64,000 bases of DNA from an uncultured cyanobacterium (GTDB taxonomy: Bacteria; Cyanobacteriota; Cyanobacteriia; PCC-9006; JAAUQQ01): positions 544,001 through 608,000 of the forward strand of contig OY970368.1 in the NCBI GenBank assembly GCA_963718615.1, given 5' to 3'. Positions 61,001 through 64,000 of the stretch are shown one piece after another. The notes under the pieces are model-generated. The model saw only the letters and a program-made list of their open reading frames with translations, was not told the origin of the DNA and ran no database searches. Both the position numbers and the translations under genes were made by a program. Within the stretch, counting starts at the first letter, position 1. Every line of letters begins with the position of its first letter.

Positions 61001-61426
61001 TTGGGAGATATCGGTTGCCTCCAGAACATTGGGCGGCAAGCCAAACTCCATGGGGTTGAAATCAATCTCTGGGATAAAACCACCCCGTTTGCAATAGGTT
61101 TTATCAACGGCCCGAGGGTTGGGATCGTAGTAGTCCGAGCTATTCCAGCGGGACGCCGGTACCTCGGTAATACAATCCACCTCATTGAGAATATTTTCCC
61201 AATAGACTTGAGTATTTTCCGACTGTGGGAAAAGAGAAGCCATGCCAATAATTGCAATGGGCGTCTGACTCAAGCTAGGTTTACCCGCACTTAGACCAAC
61301 CATAGATTTCGTTGACTGATTCAACATTGTCTTCTTTTCCCTAATCATTTCTGAAACAGTCTGCTCAAAAGCATCTAAATCTTCTCGAAACTCATCTAAA
61401 GAGTTACGTATTTTGGAAGCAAACAT
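55013..61426 (-). CDS. HglE(+HglF)/PfaA-like iterative type I PKS: KS-MAT-ACPx4-structural KR subdomain
   Basis: KS LDAACASS, EAHGTGT, GHTKTAAG; malonyl-AT GHSFGE and SAAFHT; four ACPs with LGIDSIKRVEIL; C-terminal FFLAKHL, ARLDGAFG, GLTKTL..EW, CRAVDL. Confidence 0.95.
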   Translation of the reverse strand: MFASKIRNSLDEFREDLDAFEQTVSEMIREKKTMLNQSTKSMVGLSAGKPSLSQTPIAIIGMASLFPQSENTQVYWENILNEVDCITEVPASRWNSSDYYDPNPRAVDKTYCKRGGFIPEIDFNPMEFGLPPNVLEATDISQLLALAVARQAMEDSGYGPAQLDVDYEKTGVVLGAVGRQLSGPLWGRLQYPIWERVLKSSGLSDEDTQKLIEKLKLAYPSWQENSFPGMLSNVISGRIANRFDFGGLNCTLDAACASSLAALKMAISELVEHRADMMLTGGVDPDNSAFTYLCFSKTPALSRKQESRPFDAESDGIMLGEGVGMVVLKRLEDAERDGDRIYAVIRGLGTSSDGRFKSIYAPRPEGQVKALRRAYADANIDPATVGLVEAHGTGTMAGDPAEFEGMKVVFAETQAEKQSIALGSVKAQIGHTKTAAGAASLIKAALALHHKVIPPTININQPSPKLGIEDSPFYLNTKLRPWMRREAQIPRRSGVSSFGFGGTNFHIVLEEYQSEHSAPYRIHSVPQSLLFAAADTAALTQRCQAVLSALQAEAGGDRAYADLAESCKTQVIPMTEARLGFVASSRADACAKLKVAINLLNQQKREAWEHPQGIYYRQSGLALQGKVVALFAGQGAQYLDMGQSLAVNFPEARQAYEPFDQLLRADGLDAISEVVYPRSVFDDASAEAQKRKLQRTEYAQPAIGAFSTGLYRIFQKAGFAPNFTAGHSFGELTALWAAGVLTDQDYAFLVKARGQAMAAPAGRDFDAGTMLAVKGDAAVIESIVNALEGVAIANFNSGQQVVLAGSTAAIAAAKTTLEARGFEPIPLRVSAAFHTPLVAHAQVPFSQAVDQVALGTPTTPIYTNVTGQVYPAEVGAMKTLLQRHMVSQVQFKQQIENIYAAGGVCFVEFGPKNTLTNLVKEILGDRPHLAIATNASRHKDSDLQLREAAMQLRVAGLSLADIDPYQLPIAVPAEPDERAKKLMVKISGASYVSEKTQNAFEAALQDGHQVKIAVSSSVPTIVSAVGSAVESGAIASPGVSPVAQKHGFLAEPPVTLEPGASHGASSPGVSSHGSLNGNGKTNGNGNGNGKTNGNGNGKANGNGSGNGKMVNGKTNGHAAQNLSIGQINGQPSVGQTQKATLPPPAQTDVAPITVMQNSAQSPHPALTSLENLLVQFTQHQNQILKVHEQYLDGHREYTQTFGQIAQQQQRLLTEAAGQQADLVASTDRNLAAFHGYQQETLRVHEQYLLQQMEFSKQLCGLGQQVCGGTVQSATTVQPVQPVQPAAPVAPVTPPPVAVAADPVVKAAPVPEVPVAKVIQPVVQPVVQPEPIPVPAPAPASRSNALALAPKLLEVVSDKTGYPVEMLELDMDMEADLGIDSIKRVEILGALQDAFPELPQPNLEELAEIELRTLGQVADYMQSKLKGEALAAAPIAAPMMTAPIAVTPVAATPMAVTSPVATSPVATTAAIAPTVASGVMQEKLLEVVSDKTGYPAEMLELDMDMEADLGIDSIKRVEILGALQEAFPELPQPNLEELAEIELRTLGQVADYMQAQLAKGKGNGSAPVTPAVVLPTAPGTASGTAPAPMATPAMSLGVPSQSIATPVSAPVPRPIAPVAAPALATAQASTTVALLDPPVVAPAGIPAVIPAVAPVPATAPASVSSVEMQTQLLEVVSDKTGYPAEMLELDMDMEADLGIDSIKRVEILGALQEAFPALPQPNLEELAEIELRTLGQVADYMQSQLAKGQVASGLVNSGLVNAGEAIAPLAVPSEPVVAIAPGEMQTQLLAVVSDKTGYPAEMLELDMDMEADLGIDSIKRVEILGALQEAFPELPQPNLEELAEIELRTLGQVADYMQARLQTGAEKKKQSSPTLNEGIQGGVTTWDIAALEAAVALDPLPLPRHPAQLQYLPPADWLDFELPSGHICLLTDDGSATTTQLAQQLTQRNWKVVVLSFPAGLVPQQAPLPQGVKRVVLEQLGDVALGQQLEAIATQEGSIAAFLHLHPTGFVQAGQGLSFSEAESSLVKQVFFLAKHLKAPLNQAATLGRSVFLSVARLDGAFGLSQQDPYSPIAAGLMGLTKTLNYEWRSVFCRAVDLNPALTPEQSVACILAELHDSDGLLPEAAYGQQGRVTLVAA
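55856..57380 (-). repeat. Four near-identical ~220-bp ACP-coding repeats
   Basis: Units at about 57164-57380, 56768-56990, 56204-56430 and 55856-56080, separated by Ala/Pro/Thr/Val-rich linkers. Confidence 0.9.
58078..58210 (-). repeat. Low-complexity coding repeat (NGNGNGKT)n in the PKS post-AT linker
   Basis: ttgccgtt/ttgccatt repeats translating to NGNGKTNGNGNGNGKTNGNGNGKANGNGSGNGK. Confidence 0.85.
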
Positions 61427-61879
61427 AGCCTAGACATGTGCCCATACATAAACAGGTCAAAAACTGAGGACGATATTGCTCAAACCCAAAACTCAGGCTG
61501 AGTGACGACATGAGCAAATAAGCGATAATAATGCCCTAGCCTGCACCTATCCTGAATTGAAACCCACTCAGCCACACTCTTTCCAAAATTTCTCGTACGG
61601 GGTTGCTGAAATTATTCAGCTTATTAACCCAAAGGAAAACAGGAAAAGCATAACGCGACAAACCCAACAACGAAGCGACACACAGCGATCGCAATTGTCC
61701 TTAGAGCCCTTATCCTTAAGAGACCTTAGAAGATGACAACAATGCCAGACTTGCCTAGAGTCATAACTGCAGCCATTTACACCACTCGTCCTATCAACAG
61801 GCAATAACGATATAAATTATTCTTTAAGCATGATTGGGACTACCCTCTTACAATCTGCAATAGCTCTCCAGAAAGCTAT

Positions 61880-61893
61880 GTAGCTAAAGCTAC
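61880..61893. promoter_or_regulatory. Candidate NtcA box GTA-N8-TAC upstream of the PKS operon
   Basis: GTAGCTAAAGCTAC, an extended palindrome preceded by T, about 455 bp upstream of the PKS start; no clean -10 hexamer at the canonical spacing. Confidence 0.45.
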
Positions 61894-63067
61894 GAAAGAC
61901 CAATAACGAAGGGCTTTTAAAGATAGAAAGAGCCAATGACATTCCTCCTAGTTCAGACTTCTACTCGACTCCGCACCTCTGTTGTGTGATACGAACTTGC
62001 TTGGGCCTTCTTTTCTTTTTCTCAGATGAGTGAATCTGAGTGAATCGAAAAGGAGAGTAGCAAAATCAACATGTACAACGTATCCGCCCAAGGCAGTAAA
62101 GATCAAGGCACTTCAAGCAACTTTCACAGGAAAGCATCGTTTCTCCACGGAGACTTTTCTGTATATCTCCCCCAAGACCTACGTAAACCTACAATAGCGA
62201 CAACATCGCTGCGGATGAGTATGTCACCGAGAGATAGTCCTTAAAATGCAGACCCACTCAGGGATTAGGGGTAGACCTAGAATTACTCAATCGACAACTT
62301 TCAGCCAGATCAGCCGATGATGAAACCACTGACAGACAAAGAATTAGGTGGTCTTCAGACGAAAAACAGAAGCCAAGGATATGAACTTTCTGTAAAGCCT
62401 ACTGCAATCCGAGCAAAGGCTGCATCGGATGCTCGATTATCAGGATGTCATTACATTTCCGGATAAACCCAGGCAATGTTAAACGACAAATATCACCGAA
62501 ATCGGCTCGTTACTTTTGCTCAACGGGAATAGCGAGTCCAACAGGCACAAGCTTTAGAATAGCTTTTAAAGCTTTGATGAGGTTTGAAGCTTTCGTGACG
62601 AAGATACCATGGGTCTATTCGGTCATTTATGCCTTAGGAATAACAGTTCAGAAATTCAAATCAATCGAATGAATTTGATTAAAAAAATCTATGAACCTTA
62701 GAATCACTCTCTAGCAGGATGACAAGATTGGGTTGAGTGTTCTCTCTTCCTTTATTCAAAGAAAATTGAGACGCTTGTAATCTGAGGACGACATCGCTAG
62801 ACTATCAAAGCTAGCGGAATTCTTCGTCAGGGTTTTCGTTGGGAATCATAAGGAAACCTCGGGGAGCAGTATATGACCGCTGTTCATCTCTATTGTGTAG
62901 ATGAATTCCTTAGTTTCTAGTACTTGGCTATCGTTGATTATGCGCAATCTTAATTGTCTTGTACTTAGCATCTAGCATTTACTCGCATTTAATTTTCACC
63001 AGCAGCTCCTCACTGGCAGTTACTTCTCTACGATCGCGATCCTATTAGTCAGGAGACCTTACTTGGT

Positions 63068-63871
63068 ATGTATATCGAAATTACAGACAGTAACCTTGAA
63101 GCCGATCTGGGCGAAATTGATTTGGGAATTAGCGCTGATCTGTTGGAACTGGATGTCCCTCAAGCAGATTTGGGGCTGACAATTGCAACGGAGAATGGCG
63201 TTGATCTGACAGCGGACGTTGGCAATGTTGGTATTGTGGCAACGCTGTTGGAAGATCAGTCCGATATTTCGGTGGAATTTTCGCCGGATGGGCCACCTGT
63301 AATCGTTTTTGTGGATGACCAAGGTGGAGTCGCTAGTTATGAAGGCGACAATGTTGACTTCCAGTTGACGGTAGATGATCAAGCACTGGCGCTGGACCTG
63401 ACGGGTGCATCGAGTCAAGCCCGTGCGAATGCAACAGCAGATGAAACTTGGGTTACCTTTGATGGGCCCAATGCACAAGCTGATGTGTTTGTCGATGCAG
63501 AGCAAGCTCAAGTGGGCGTTTCTGCGGGAGGTCTGACACTCGGTCTCGTAACGGATTCGAGCGTCGCAACGCTGGATGTCGACTATCTGACGGGTGGTGT
63601 TTCTGTCGGGGTGGATAGTTCTGGGGTTGATGCACTGATCAACTATGACGGTGGAGATGTTTCAGTTTCTACGGGTGATGGTGTGGTTGATGCGATCGCC
63701 AACTTCGGTAGCGGGGTTGTTGATCTGGAAATCGTTCCAGATTCGCTTGATTTGAATGTGAGCTTGGGTGCAGGCAATGTTGAGCTAGATATCAAACCGA
63801 AGAGTGATTCTCCGTTTGAAATTGGCATTGATTTCGGAGGCTTTCAATTTGGTTTAAGATTTAGCCGTTAG
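63068..63871 (+). CDS. Highly acidic D/V/G-rich hypothetical protein, probably all-beta
   Basis: 267-aa ORF with RBS AGGAG upstream, alternating hydrophobic/acidic pattern, followed by a terminator. Confidence 0.7.
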   Translation: MYIEITDSNLEADLGEIDLGISADLLELDVPQADLGLTIATENGVDLTADVGNVGIVATLLEDQSDISVEFSPDGPPVIVFVDDQGGVASYEGDNVDFQLTVDDQALALDLTGASSQARANATADETWVTFDGPNAQADVFVDAEQAQVGVSAGGLTLGLVTDSSVATLDVDYLTGGVSVGVDSSGVDALINYDGGDVSVSTGDGVVDAIANFGSGVVDLEIVPDSLDLNVSLGAGNVELDIKPKSDSPFEIGIDFGGFQFGLRFSR

Positions 63872-63905
63872 ATTGACTGTTTTCGATCAACTTTTGATCA
63901 AAACC

Positions 63906-63945
63906 AGCGCCAGGGAGAGACATCTACCTGGCGCTTGATTTTTTT
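63906..63945 (+). terminator. Rho-independent terminator
   Basis: Stem AGCGCCAGG/CCTGGCGCT followed by a T7 tract. Confidence 0.8.
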
Positions 63946-64000
63946 GTACATGAATTTTAGGCTTTACGACGGATTAGACGAGTGGCGATCGCTCCCACTG

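Larger units (their letters stand above)
41..63992. repeat. HIP1 octamer GCGATCGC, dispersed, many copies
   Basis: Copies at 41-48, 891-898, 63985-63992 and dozens between; a hallmark of cyanobacterial genomes. Confidence 0.95.

Noticed and set aside
45764-61426. Classical PUFA (EPA/DHA) synthase
   Set aside because: The KS-CLF-AT protein lacks the FabA-like DH domains of PfaC, and the operon ends in ACP + thioester reductase + HetN-like SDR, which is the Hgl-type reductive-release layout.
61616-62672. Short ORFs 61616..61804 and 62445..62672
   Set aside because: No clear RBS, motifs or coding-like composition; treated as non-coding.

Overview
Cyanobacterial chromosome segment: HIP1 octamers GCGATCGC occur throughout, and it carries a cyanobacterial PanC-Cmk fusion and GshA. 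Bases 1-17,090 are ordinary core genes (panC/cmk, rlpA, purM, tRNA-Cys, a RecQ helicase, a ferritin-like gene, PrxQ, gshA, an RTX protein, GST, LysR). Bases 17,079-61,426 form one ~44-kb lipid biosynthetic cluster. Its core is a heterocyst-glycolipid/Pfa-type iterative PKS (HglE/F-like with 4 ACPs, extra SDR, HglG, fused HglD/C, HglA/PfaD, split HglB as ACP plus thioester reductase, HetN-like SDR). This core is coupled to an apparent ether-lipid module: an animal-like alkyl-DHAP synthase (AGPS), PlsC acyltransferase, HAD phosphatase and an NAD-dependent reductase. The cluster also holds a BVMO + hydrolase pair, a CDP-sugar pathway with two C-methyltransferases, three glycosyltransferase-like genes, a PIG-L deacetylase, two further methyltransferases, three sulfotransferases with their own CysC, and an MFS transporter. 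The inferred product is a PKS-derived, sulfated, glycosylated alkyl-glycerol ether lipid, a combination I do not recognise from any characterised cyanobacterial pathway. All family assignments come from motif recognition by eye; no searches were run.
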